Below are positions 45,284 to 54,254 of a stretch of 64,000 nt of DNA, one piece after another (within the stretch, counting starts at the first letter, position 1; each line of letters opens with the position of its first letter). The notes below the pieces were generated by a model. The model did not search any database. It was not told the origin of the DNA and saw only the letters and a program-made list of their open reading frames with translations. The position numbers were made by a program, and so were the translations under genes. This stretch comes from a virus. Its lineage: Duplodnaviria > Caudoviricetes. The stretch spans positions 1 through 64,000 of IMG/VR virus record IMGVR_UViG_3300037420_001796; one strand, written 5' to 3'.

Positions 45284-45571
45284 TCAGGCCGTCATGAGCC
45301 TCGCTCTTCGCTGTTCGTCACGAGCCGTCGAAGTTGCGGCCGCCGCAGGAGATGGCGACTTCGCGAAGACGCGCTCCATCGCCTGCGAGTGCCGTTTCTT
45401 CAGTTCGTGACCGCACGAGCGGCTCATGCCGCTGGTGATGTTGGTGCCTCGCACTTCCCGCGTCACGCCGCAGGAGCACCGGCACTTGAAGTACCGTGAA
45501 CCCTTGCCGCGCTTTTCAGTTTCCTCGAGGATCGTCCATTGACCGATGGTGTTGCCCGGTTCAAGCGTCAT
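45284..45571 (-). CDS. isolated N-terminal domain of HNH/AP2-type endonuclease (possibly truncated)
   Basis: GQWTI...FKCRCSCG...SGMSRSCG without a following nuclease domain. Confidence 0.55.
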   Translation of the reverse strand: MTLEPGNTIGQWTILEETEKRGKGSRYFKCRCSCGVTREVRGTNITSGMSRSCGHELKKRHSQAMERVFAKSPSPAAAATSTARDEQRRARLMTA

Positions 45572-48500
45572 GCAGCGACCGCCTCCCCGGTGATCTCTTC
45601 GATCGCTTTGCTGATCACTTCGGCGTCGAATTCTTCGCCGCACTCCGTCTGCTCGCCGTAGGACGGGCCGATGGAGATGGAGCCAACGATCGGGATCTGC
45701 ATGTTCGCGTAAGGCCCGGTCATGCACTGGTGCACGATCCGTGTGACATCGACCAGATGCTCCGGCACAGCGGAGAAGACCAATTCATCGTGGACCGGGA
45801 AGTAGAACTGGCAGTCGAAGCGGCCGTCCCAGAACACACCGGAGTCCCACACGCGAGACATGGCCAGCTTCGTCATCTCACCGGCGGAGCCTTGGATGTA
45901 GAAGTTCGGACCTTGACGCGCGGCCTTGTCGGCCTCCCAGCGGTTCTCGGACGAGAGCGCCTCGGCAAGGTGGCGCCGCGCGCCCATCATCGTGACGGCG
46001 TAGCCAGTCTCTTCGACGGCCTGTCGAACCTCGTCCTTCCATGGGGCGATGCCCGGGAATGCAGCTTCCTTCGCGTCGATGAACAGCTGCGCGGTCTCAG
46101 GCTCGACCAGAAGCGACTTGCTCACGGTCTCGGCCTGCGCGTCGTACTGCGTCGCGAAGTTCGTCGTCTTCGCGTCCTCGCGCAACTTCTTCGCCTTCAG
46201 CGCCGCCTCGGGGTCCGGGGACTTGCGCATGGCTTGGAACTCCTCGTACGTGATCGTCTGGCCGTTCCACATGAGCGGCGCGGCCTGCACTGCGGTGAGG
46301 CTGTGAACGTCACGCAGGTTGTCGCCTACGTAGCAAGCGGTCAGCGCCTCGTCGCCGGACATTTCGGCCATCAGGCGCAGCTCCTGGCCGGCGAAGTCGA
46401 TAGAGCCCACCAACGCGCGGATGACGTGCGCCAGCACGATTTCTCGGAACTCCTTGCCTTCGCCGCGCTTGGGCAGCTGCTGCACGTTCGGGTTGCTCGC
46501 GCTGTATCGGCGCGTGACCGCACGGGACTGGTTCAGGTGGGCGTGCACGCGCCCGTCTTTCCAGTGCGGGATGACGCGATACGTTTTGTAGAAGAGCTTT
46601 CGGCGCGTCATCACCGTCTTGACGGTCTGCAGCGCCTTGAGCACCTTGCGCTGCTCGTCGGTCAGGTCCTTGTCCAAGGCGAGGGCCAGATCGATCGCCG
46701 TGTCGTCGCCGGCAGCCTTGGCCTTCAGAGCGGCGCGCTCCTCGTCGGTGTACGTCACCGACTTGCCTTGCTTTTCCTTTCGGCGCTTGCGGAAGGCTTC
46801 GGCCTTGACGGGATCGTTGCGCTCCTTGTCGGTCAGCTTGATCAGGATGCGCGGCGTGATGCCGATCACGTCGTACAGCAGGCGCTTGATCTGCACCGGG
46901 CTGTCGAAGTTAATGACGGGATCGCCGGTGAAGTTCGCCGCGACTATGCTGTTGACGAAGCCGACCTGGTTCTTCTCTACTTCGTCAGCCAGAAGCAGTG
47001 CGCTTTGGTAATCGGGGAACTGCTCACGGATGTCGTGGGCAAGCGCGTCCAGCTTCTTCTTGCGCGTATCGAGGTTGCAGCCCCCGGTGACAATCTCCAC
47101 AGCCTCCTTGACGTTGGCGGGAGTCAGCTCGGTGTACTCGGGGCAGACGGTGCCCGCCCAGCCGTGACCCATCAGGAACTCACGCAGCGTCTTCCACGCC
47201 TCGTCGTACCGCTCGTCGTCCTTCTTCTCCATGCCGACGAGCTTTTCCATCGAGATCGGGAAGCCCTTCACGAACGCGAGGCTTGTCAGGTACTCAGGCT
47301 TTTGCTCCACGGCGAGATACACGTCCCACGTGTTCTCGATTTCCATGATCACCTGGTGATAGGTGAAGAGAGCAGCCGTGCAGATCGGGTCGTCGCAACC
47401 GTAGTTGAACGCACGCTCGGCGGTGAGCTCGTTCATCTTGTATTGCTTGCCGTCGATCGTCGTGACGTGCTCGTACGTTTCCTGCTCGTAATCGAGCTCG
47501 AGCTTGCTGCGGTCCTTCAAGCCGAGCGGCAGGTTCTCGTTGGTGTAGCTGGAAGACTGAAGAGTGTCGATCGCGTTCGGCCACATGCCCGCCCAGCCGT
47601 TGTCCTTCCACACTTCGCCCCAGTGCTGATAGAGCACCGGAAATTCGTACGCGCGGTTGTGGATCACCGTGTACAGGCGCTTGCTCGGGATCTGCTCGCA
47701 CAGCTGGCGGCACTGGTCCAGCGTGATGTTCTTGACCTTGTCCGTCTCCTTGTGGTCGACGGTCATGTAGATCGTGTGCTGAGTGTTGTCGCCGAATGTG
47801 ATGCCCATGCCGGTGAGCTCGGCACCCAACACGTCGATCTTCTCGGTGGTGGACTTCTCCGAGATCGCCATCAGCTTTTCGAGCCACTCGTCTGACTCAT
47901 CAGGAGTGGAAGCTTCGATGTCCATCGCGACGAAGGGCGAGGTCTGCACCGCGCCCTTGAACCGACGCAAGATCTCTTCGTAGTTGCCGGCGTGCACCAG
48001 CGTCTTCGTGCCGTAAAAGCGGCGCAAGTCGTGCACGCGGTTCTCCGGAGCAAGGCTTTCCCACTGCTTGACCATGCCCGCTTTGATCGTGAGCGGGCGG
48101 CGACGCGTGTTCACCTCGTCGGCCATCAAGCGCGCAACGCGCCAGCTGGTCGCGACCTGGTCCTTGCTGTCGATGATGCGTTGCAGCTTGGGCATCTGAT
48201 CGATGTCCTCCCGCAGGCGGTGCAGCTTGTCGGTCTCGATCAGCTCCTGCATCACTTCGAGGCCCTCGAGCCCGAAGGTGCGCACCAGCTCCACGAAGGC
48301 GGCGTCACCGAAGTTCTTGGCGCCGGGAATCTTGTCGGAGTTGTCGCCGACGAGCGCCTTGTACAGCGTGATGTACTTGTGCGGGAACATGCCGAACGGG
48401 TTCTTGTTAAGGTCGGACCCGTTCCACACGTCTGTGTTGTCGTCGACAAGGACGGACATGTCGCCGTCGCCGGAGCGCACGACGTTGCGGCTCTTGCGAA

Positions 48501-48906
48501 GGTGCTTGGCGAAGTAGGCCAGCACGTCGTCGGCTTCCATGCCGTCTTGCCACGCGACTGTCATGCCCAGATCGCGCGCCTGCTGCGTGATCCGATCGCG
48601 CGCGATGTTCAGCTGTTCGCTGACGGCTTCGTGCTTGTCGCGGCCTGCCTTGTACGTCTCGAGGAACGTGCGACGGCGCGCCTTGGCGTTGCGACCGTCC
48701 CACACCAGAATGCACTGGCGCGGGGCAAGGTCGAAATGGTCGAGGTCAAGTGCGACCTTCTCCCAGAAATTGTCGATGCCGTACTGGGCACCGTTGACCT
48801 GTACGTCCTTGCCGTTCTCGTCCTGGACGACACGGCCTTCATCGTGATCAACGCCGCGCAGAAGCGCGGCGTTCAGAATCGAGTTGCCGTCGATCAGCAA
48901 TCTCAT
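45568..48906 (-). CDS. polA: DNA polymerase family A with 5'-nuclease and 3'-5' exonuclease domains, 1112 aa
   Basis: LIDGNS, EADD, GDNSDKIPG; DIE exoI; DFAGQELR motif A, AKTTNFATQY motif B, VHDEL motif C. Confidence 0.95.
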   Translation of the reverse strand: MRLLIDGNSILNAALLRGVDHDEGRVVQDENGKDVQVNGAQYGIDNFWEKVALDLDHFDLAPRQCILVWDGRNAKARRRTFLETYKAGRDKHEAVSEQLNIARDRITQQARDLGMTVAWQDGMEADDVLAYFAKHLRKSRNVVRSGDGDMSVLVDDNTDVWNGSDLNKNPFGMFPHKYITLYKALVGDNSDKIPGAKNFGDAAFVELVRTFGLEGLEVMQELIETDKLHRLREDIDQMPKLQRIIDSKDQVATSWRVARLMADEVNTRRRPLTIKAGMVKQWESLAPENRVHDLRRFYGTKTLVHAGNYEEILRRFKGAVQTSPFVAMDIEASTPDESDEWLEKLMAISEKSTTEKIDVLGAELTGMGITFGDNTQHTIYMTVDHKETDKVKNITLDQCRQLCEQIPSKRLYTVIHNRAYEFPVLYQHWGEVWKDNGWAGMWPNAIDTLQSSSYTNENLPLGLKDRSKLELDYEQETYEHVTTIDGKQYKMNELTAERAFNYGCDDPICTAALFTYHQVIMEIENTWDVYLAVEQKPEYLTSLAFVKGFPISMEKLVGMEKKDDERYDEAWKTLREFLMGHGWAGTVCPEYTELTPANVKEAVEIVTGGCNLDTRKKKLDALAHDIREQFPDYQSALLLADEVEKNQVGFVNSIVAANFTGDPVINFDSPVQIKRLLYDVIGITPRILIKLTDKERNDPVKAEAFRKRRKEKQGKSVTYTDEERAALKAKAAGDDTAIDLALALDKDLTDEQRKVLKALQTVKTVMTRRKLFYKTYRVIPHWKDGRVHAHLNQSRAVTRRYSASNPNVQQLPKRGEGKEFREIVLAHVIRALVGSIDFAGQELRLMAEMSGDEALTACYVGDNLRDVHSLTAVQAAPLMWNGQTITYEEFQAMRKSPDPEAALKAKKLREDAKTTNFATQYDAQAETVSKSLLVEPETAQLFIDAKEAAFPGIAPWKDEVRQAVEETGYAVTMMGARRHLAEALSSENRWEADKAARQGPNFYIQGSAGEMTKLAMSRVWDSGVFWDGRFDCQFYFPVHDELVFSAVPEHLVDVTRIVHQCMTGPYANMQIPIVGSISIGPSYGEQTECGEEFDAEVISKAIEEITGEAVAA

Positions 48907-48916
48907 TGTTGGACTC

Positions 48917-49264
48917 CTAGTTGTAGACGGACCTGCCGTCGATGTAGGTGTGGCGGCCGCACGCTTGCGGCAGCACACGTGGCTCGAGCCACGACGGGAA
49001 GCCGAGACCCTCGGAAGGCTTCTCGACGACGATCGCGTCGGTGGCTTGGTACTGCACCGGGTTCGTGCTGCGCAGCATCGTCACGACGCCTTCGCGTTGC
49101 TGCTGCGAGAGGAACCCGTAGACGAAGTTCTTCGTGACGCCGCTGGACGCCGCGGCGGCGATCAGGCCGGCGCGGGTCTTGGGCGTGCGAAGGAGGGCGA
49201 GAAGCATCTTCTCGGCAGCCTCCCTGCGCTCTTGGCGTGTAGGTTGTCCAGCGCGCCGTCTCAC
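48917..49264 (-). CDS. putative winged-helix DNA-binding protein
   Basis: 115 aa, helical basic N-half. Confidence 0.5.
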   Translation of the reverse strand: MRRRAGQPTRQERREAAEKMLLALLRTPKTRAGLIAAAASSGVTKNFVYGFLSQQQREGVVTMLRSTNPVQYQATDAIVVEKPSEGLGFPSWLEPRVLPQACGRHTYIDGRSVYN

Positions 49265-49494
49265 AGCAAGCCTCGCTCACGGTCTTGCTGGCAAGCCACG
49301 CAGCGTATCTTCCCGAGCGCCAGGCGGCCCGCGGGGATCGGGTCCCCACAGTCGCACTGCGTCTTCGGCCAGGTGCCGTCGGCGTTCTGTACCTGCTCGG
49401 GCTTGGCCTTGGCGCGTGCGTTGTTCACGTACGCGTCATTCAGCTGCTGCGTGAGCTCGCTCGCGGCGTCGAGTTCATCTGCCTCTCGCGTCAT
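49261..49494 (-). CDS. TraR/DksA C4 zinc-finger protein
   Basis: DELDAASE acidic N-terminus; CDCG..IP..RL....RCVACQ. Confidence 0.85.
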   Translation of the reverse strand: MTREADELDAASELTQQLNDAYVNNARAKAKPEQVQNADGTWPKTQCDCGDPIPAGRLALGKIRCVACQQDRERGLL

Positions 49495-49721
49495 GCGGGA
49501 AGCTCCTCCGCGGGCACCAGCTTGTAGCGCGACACCTCTGTGAGCACCGGCTCGAGATCACCATTCGTGACCTCGCGGTGCACCGTGACTTCCACCAAAT
49601 TGGTGCCCTTCACGTCGATGACGACGCGTGAGACAAGCTGTCCTTTGAGGCCGAGAACATCGAGCAGGCGTTCGCCGATGGACGCGCCAGTGGCCAGAGC
49701 CATAGGATCGTCGTAGCTCAT
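49491..49721 (-). CDS. hypothetical protein
   Basis: 76 aa, overlapping start/stop. Confidence 0.6.
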   Translation of the reverse strand: MSYDDPMALATGASIGERLLDVLGLKGQLVSRVVIDVKGTNLVEVTVHREVTNGDLEPVLTEVSRYKLVPAEELPA

Positions 49722-49930
49722 GCCGCGCCCCACTTCTTGTATGCCCAGTCGGTCGCGATTCGACCCACCAGTACGATCAGCGCCGCTGCGAGCGCGCCCG
49801 AAAGCGTGGAGGATTCGTAGTTCGCCACCGCAGCGGAGACGTTGGCTGCTATGAAGATCAGTATTACGTCGAGGGTCGAGAAGTCCCTCTCCGAAAGGAA
49901 CTTCAAGACGAGGTTCAGGGGTGCGTTCAT
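49718..49930 (-). CDS. small 2-TM membrane protein
   Basis: 70 aa hydrophobic. Confidence 0.55.
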   Translation of the reverse strand: MNAPLNLVLKFLSERDFSTLDVILIFIAANVSAAVANYESSTLSGALAAALIVLVGRIATDWAYKKWGAA

Positions 49931-50475
49931 GCGGCACCTCCGAGTGCCTCGAGAACCTTGAGAGCTTCCGCGTGCAGATCCCCGACAGAGCCGTTGTTCG
50001 TGATCTCGACGTCGATCAAGTCGTCGGACACGCCCCGCTCGGACGCATGCACCGCAGCTTCGCCGGTCAGGCCGGTGTTGTCGGGGCGAATGATTCTGAC
50101 CACGATGCCACCGGCTTCGCGGATCAGGCGCGCTTCGTTGTCGAAGCGGCAGTCGGCGCTGACCAGCGGCGGTCGACCTTCACGCACCCAGCGCCGCAGC
50201 ACGCGATTGACCCACACGTCGGGGCCGAACACCGCGCGCACGCCTTCGGTGCCGAGCTTTTGCAGCGCCTGCCGGCGCGTCATGCCGAGCGCCTCGCAGT
50301 ACTCTTCCTTCGAGACGTCGTCGTAATACAGATGAACAGGTTCATCTGCGATGAGCGCCGTCACTTCCTTGAGCGCATCGGCGAATGAAACTCGCCTGAA
50401 TCCCTTCTGCACGAGGGCCTGCGCAAATGTGTCTTTACCGGCTCTAGCCTTGCCGGTGATTGCAACCAATCTCAT
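49927..50475 (-). CDS. deoxynucleoside monophosphate kinase
   Basis: ITGKARAGKDT P-loop, SFADALK, LQKLGTE, DCRFDNEA. Confidence 0.9.
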   Translation of the reverse strand: MRLVAITGKARAGKDTFAQALVQKGFRRVSFADALKEVTALIADEPVHLYYDDVSKEEYCEALGMTRRQALQKLGTEGVRAVFGPDVWVNRVLRRWVREGRPPLVSADCRFDNEARLIREAGGIVVRIIRPDNTGLTGEAAVHASERGVSDDLIDVEITNNGSVGDLHAEALKVLEALGGAA

Positions 50476-50524
50476 GTTGACCTCTTTGTTTTTGTTGTTG
50501 TCGGGTCGGTTTGAAATCTCTACA

Positions 50525-51475
50525 TCACTTGTGCTGCAGGTCCTCCACGATCTGGTCGATGCGTTCGGCCCACTCGCGACGCGTCTCTGGACGCACGAAC
50601 CTGTTCGACTTGGGGCCGAACGGGTTGCCGAAGTGGGACTTGAAGTAGCGCGATGTCATCAGCGTTGGCACCGCGGCTTGGTACAGCGCAAGGACCAGCC
50701 CGTCGGGCGGGCCCTGCAGAAGCTCTTGGCAAGTCAGGCCCGCGCCGAGGACGTCCACCGCAAGGGCGCGGCGCCGTTTCGGCAGAGGGTGCGGGGCTGG
50801 CTGGTTGAAGTGCAACCGAGGGATCAATTTGAATCGTTCACCCTGGATTGCTACGTTCGCGAGCCAAAGCACGTCGTCCCCGACGCGGCCTGACAGGTAG
50901 GAGGCAAGCGGGTGCGACGTCTTGATCGGCGCCACGCTCACCTCGTCGTATCCGAGGTCGACGGCGGGCTTCTTCGCCTCCACCGTTCGACCGTGCAGGT
51001 TGCTCCATGCGCCTCGCGGCGAAACTTCGAGCAGCGCGTCCTCGAGCTGCACGCGCACGCGATCGCGGCGCACGTCTACTTCCACTGGCGAGCAGTGAAG
51101 GCCGACGGCCGCCAGCTTGACCAGTGGGATGCGCCAGCGCGTTGCCGATCGCTTCGTGCCGAAGTAGGCGATGCCGGAGCCTCTTCCAACCGCGCTGCGT
51201 GCGACCTTGCCGGGGTTGGGTACGAGGCCGAGGTTTCGATCCACGTACTCTTCCCACGTATTGATCACATCCGCCTCGTCGAATCGAGGCCGGGGCACGC
51301 ACCACTGGTAGGGCGACACCGTGTCTCCTCGATCGAAGATCGAGAAGCCCGGCAAGTGCGTGACTGCGCCCTTGCCGTTCATCGCGGCATTCACTTCATC
51401 CAGCATTTTGTGTCTGGCCAAGATTCTCTCGAGACGGTGTACAGCGCGGTGTGGATCGATCCACTCAGGCAGCAT
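50525..51475 (-). CDS. hypothetical protein, ~316 aa
   Basis: Long ORF in operon; start uncertain. Confidence 0.7.
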   Translation of the reverse strand: MLPEWIDPHRAVHRLERILARHKMLDEVNAAMNGKGAVTHLPGFSIFDRGDTVSPYQWCVPRPRFDEADVINTWEEYVDRNLGLVPNPGKVARSAVGRGSGIAYFGTKRSATRWRIPLVKLAAVGLHCSPVEVDVRRDRVRVQLEDALLEVSPRGAWSNLHGRTVEAKKPAVDLGYDEVSVAPIKTSHPLASYLSGRVGDDVLWLANVAIQGERFKLIPRLHFNQPAPHPLPKRRRALAVDVLGAGLTCQELLQGPPDGLVLALYQAAVPTLMTSRYFKSHFGNPFGPKSNRFVRPETRREWAERIDQIVEDLQHK

Positions 51476-52088
51476 GCTGCTCGAGCAAGGTACGCTCGGC
51501 CGCTGTGTCGCGGTTGATCGCACGCTCAGCGTCGAACTTCAGGCCCTTGTATCGATCGATCAGCTTCGCGACGTTCGCCAGCAGGATCAGAGGATCCTCG
51601 TGATCCCACGGGGTTTGCTCGACGGCGAACGAGATCAGGCCGAGGGCTTCCCGCGTCGTTTGCACGAAGTCTTCCGGTTTGCGGCCGTAGCCTACCCACC
51701 GCTTGGCTTGGTCCAGCAAATGCGTGACTGCGTCGTCGATGAAGTCGAACGGGTCGATTTCGTTGATCGCGCACTGCTCGTGGATCTCGTCGACGTACGA
51801 GGTGAAGCTCTCCCACTGGTCGTCGGAGAATGCGAGGCCGATGATGTCTTGCACGACAACTGCCAGCGCGATGCCGTAGAAGACAAGGTCTCCCTTTTCC
51901 TCGAGGGCATTCACGTCGTCCGTTGCGTTGCGCAGCTCGCGCACTTCGGTTGCGATGCCGAGTACGGCATGCGTGAAGTCTTTGGAGAGATCGCCGCCCT
52001 TGTCCCTGCTGAACAGACCGGCGACGAATTGGGGATAGCCGATTTCGGCTAGGACGCGCTCAGGCGTCAGATCCTGCTGTGTGCTCAT
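51465..52088 (-). CDS. MazG-like NTP pyrophosphohydrolase (second copy)
   Basis: HAVLGIATEVREL...LEEKGDLVFY. Confidence 0.75.
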   Translation of the reverse strand: MSTQQDLTPERVLAEIGYPQFVAGLFSRDKGGDLSKDFTHAVLGIATEVRELRNATDDVNALEEKGDLVFYGIALAVVVQDIIGLAFSDDQWESFTSYVDEIHEQCAINEIDPFDFIDDAVTHLLDQAKRWVGYGRKPEDFVQTTREALGLISFAVEQTPWDHEDPLILLANVAKLIDRYKGLKFDAERAINRDTAAERTLLEQHAA

Positions 52089-52824
52089 TGTTTTTCTTTT
52101 TGTACAGAGCGGTTTCGAGAGAGTACTTCAGATCCTGATCCAGATCCATGTTGTTCAACATCCACACGACATAACGACGGTCTTCGCGGATGACGTCGAC
52201 GATCTTTTTGTCTTTGTGTTTGCCGAACGGAATGGTGTGAACGAGGAACGGCTCGGCAGAGGCCTCAGCAAGCTGCTGAAGGTTCATGCCTGTGCGGTCG
52301 CTGATGTGGCGAACGAGGTGGTAGGCGGTCATCACGTCTGCCATGGCTCGGTGGGCGCCTTCGGAAATCGGCAGGCCCAGCGCGTAGATCATGGTGGACA
52401 GCTGGTGGTTCTCGCTGTCGGGGTACATGCGACGGACCCAGCGCAGCGTATCGATCTCACCCACCACGTTGGTGATGAATGGCTCAAGGCGCTTGCGATC
52501 GAACCCGATCCGGTGCCCCACGAGAACCACCGGCTCAGTGATCTTGCGCCCGTAGCAAGCTTCGTGCTCCATCGAGAAGAACTCCTCGATGGTTGGAGCC
52601 CCTTCAACGTCGGCGTTCGTGAGACCGTGAACGCCCGACGCGGCCGCGGAGATCAGCTGCTCAGGGTCGATCAACGCCTGCACTCGCTCAGTGATCGAGA
52701 AATCCTCGATCAACGGAGAGCCGCAGGACACACGCACCCAGGCCACTTCGCAGATCTTGTTGTGATCGTCCTTGCCGGTTGTCTCCGTGTCGGCAACGAT
52801 GAAACTGACGTTGTCGGGGATCAT
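52060..52824 (-). CDS. DEDDh 3'-5' exonuclease with C-terminal PFGKH domain
   Basis: ADTETTG, GHRIGFD, AHRAMADV, IPFGKHK. Confidence 0.88.
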   Translation of the reverse strand: MIPDNVSFIVADTETTGKDDHNKICEVAWVRVSCGSPLIEDFSITERVQALIDPEQLISAAASGVHGLTNADVEGAPTIEEFFSMEHEACYGRKITEPVVLVGHRIGFDRKRLEPFITNVVGEIDTLRWVRRMYPDSENHQLSTMIYALGLPISEGAHRAMADVMTAYHLVRHISDRTGMNLQQLAEASAEPFLVHTIPFGKHKDKKIVDVIREDRRYVVWMLNNMDLDQDLKYSLETALYKKKNNEHTAGSDA

Positions 52825-52831
52825 CGGCCTG

Positions 52832-53086
52832 TCAGGAAACGAGCGACTGCAGCTTCTGGCCGACGGAGGCCGCCTTGGCAGCTTCTGAGTCCGCTTTGTC
52901 AGCGGCCGCCTGCGAAGCCGCCGCAGCGTTCAGGTGTGCCTGAGCCTCTTCGGTCTTGCGCTGCTCGAGCGCCTTCAAGCGCGCGATCGACGCGTGCACG
53001 GCGCCCATCACGGAGTCCACGTCCCTGTGGACCACGACGCCCAGGTTGGCGAAGAAGTTGCGGATGGAGTTGAAGAAATTCGACAT
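52832..53086 (-). CDS. small coiled-coil protein
   Basis: 84 aa, GAGG RBS. Confidence 0.6.
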   Translation of the reverse strand: MSNFFNSIRNFFANLGVVVHRDVDSVMGAVHASIARLKALEQRKTEEAQAHLNAAAASQAAADKADSEAAKAASVGQKLQSLVS

Positions 53087-53088
53087 GT

Positions 53089-53295
53089 TCAGGCCTCGAT
53101 GAGATAGTTCCACAGGGTCGCTGCGGAGGTTTCCGCGGAGCGTTCGGCGGTCTTCTCGCCGGGGTTGTACGGCTTCATCTCTCCAAGCCGGTACGCGGTC
53201 TCCCACTTCAGGAAGGCCGCTTTCAGGTCGTTGGGGTCGATGACGATCGTCGGGACCTGTACGACGACGTCTTTATTTGTGATCTCTCTTGCCAT
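53089..53295 (-). CDS. hypothetical protein
   Basis: 68 aa, CAA-rich leader. Confidence 0.6.
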   Translation of the reverse strand: MAREITNKDVVVQVPTIVIDPNDLKAAFLKWETAYRLGEMKPYNPGEKTAERSAETSAATLWNYLIEA

Positions 53296-53322
53296 GTTGT
53301 TCTCGTTGTTGTTGGCAGGGAT

Positions 53323-53351
53323 GGGGAAAGGGCGGGCCCTCAGGCCCGCCC
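53323..53351 (-). terminator. GC hairpin, probable terminator
   Basis: GGGCGGGCC-loop-GGCCCGCCC followed by short T run on - strand. Confidence 0.5.
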
Positions 53352-53362
53352 CTCGGCGCCGA

Positions 53363-54199
53363 TTACAGCTTGTTCGGCAGGGTCTGCTCGATGCGCAGCT
53401 TGGTCCACTTGTCGGTGCCCTTCGTCGCCACTTCGCGAACGAAGTAGAACGTGAAGGGATCCTCGGGAACCGTGAAGCCAGGCAGGCCCATCTCGACGCA
53501 CCGTGCGGTGGTCTTGAGTTGCTCCTGGTACTTGCTGAACGCGGGGATGCTCGACTGCGACAGGGTGATCTGCACCACCTTGCCGACGCCGGCCGCATCT
53601 TCCGTGTCCGCACCGAGCACCGCGCAAGCGATGTCGATGAAGCGGCGGCTGCCGGCCTTCTCGAACTCCTCGTCCTCGCGCAGGTACGTCACGTACTCGT
53701 CGATCGTCTTGCCGACGAAGCCGCGTTGCTCCTCGCCGATGACATGATCGATGGTCTTGCCGTCCTTCGAGTAGGCCACGTAGTCCTTGGACTTCTGGTC
53801 CTTCTCGCCGGGGGAGACCTCGTAGTGCTCGTCCCAGCCGAGCATGCGCACCTTGACCCAGCGGCCGAACGAATCGTCGCCGCCTCCGGTCTGTGCGATC
53901 TCGCCGTTGTTGCCCTTGTAGGCGTCGAAGTTTCCGTAGTCGAAGCTGAAGGCGCCCTTCATGGCTTCGACTTCCTTCTGGAAACCCTTGGCCTTCGCGG
54001 CCGCATCCGCGACGCTCACCGCGCTGGCTTGCGCCGTTGCGATGGCAGTCGTGGCCGTGGTCTTCGCGGCGGCATCGGGGGCTTGGGTCGAGGCGCCGCT
54101 GGCGGCTTCACCGCCTGCGGTCTGGGTGGCTGCACCACCCTCGACGCCCGTCTCTTCGAATGCCGGCTTCTGTTCACCCTTGTGCTTATTCAGTGCCAT
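53363..54199 (-). CDS. abundant replication-region protein (SSB-like by position only)
   Basis: 278 aa, strongly biased codons, followed by hairpin; no motif recognised. Confidence 0.6.
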   Translation of the reverse strand: MALNKHKGEQKPAFEETGVEGGAATQTAGGEAASGASTQAPDAAAKTTATTAIATAQASAVSVADAAAKAKGFQKEVEAMKGAFSFDYGNFDAYKGNNGEIAQTGGGDDSFGRWVKVRMLGWDEHYEVSPGEKDQKSKDYVAYSKDGKTIDHVIGEEQRGFVGKTIDEYVTYLREDEEFEKAGSRRFIDIACAVLGADTEDAAGVGKVVQITLSQSSIPAFSKYQEQLKTTARCVEMGLPGFTVPEDPFTFYFVREVATKGTDKWTKLRIEQTLPNKL

Positions 54200-54254
54200 T
54201 TTTCTTGTTCCTTTTCGAAATCAGGCTTCACTATCACGTTTCAAAATGCCGTCC

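Noticed and set aside
41888-52088. 2-aminoadenine (Z) genome pathway
   Set aside because: No PurZ/adenylosuccinate-synthetase-like gene in the window. The HD protein looks like the common YfbR-like type, and PolA keeps its 5' nuclease. Cannot be excluded for the unseen genome part.
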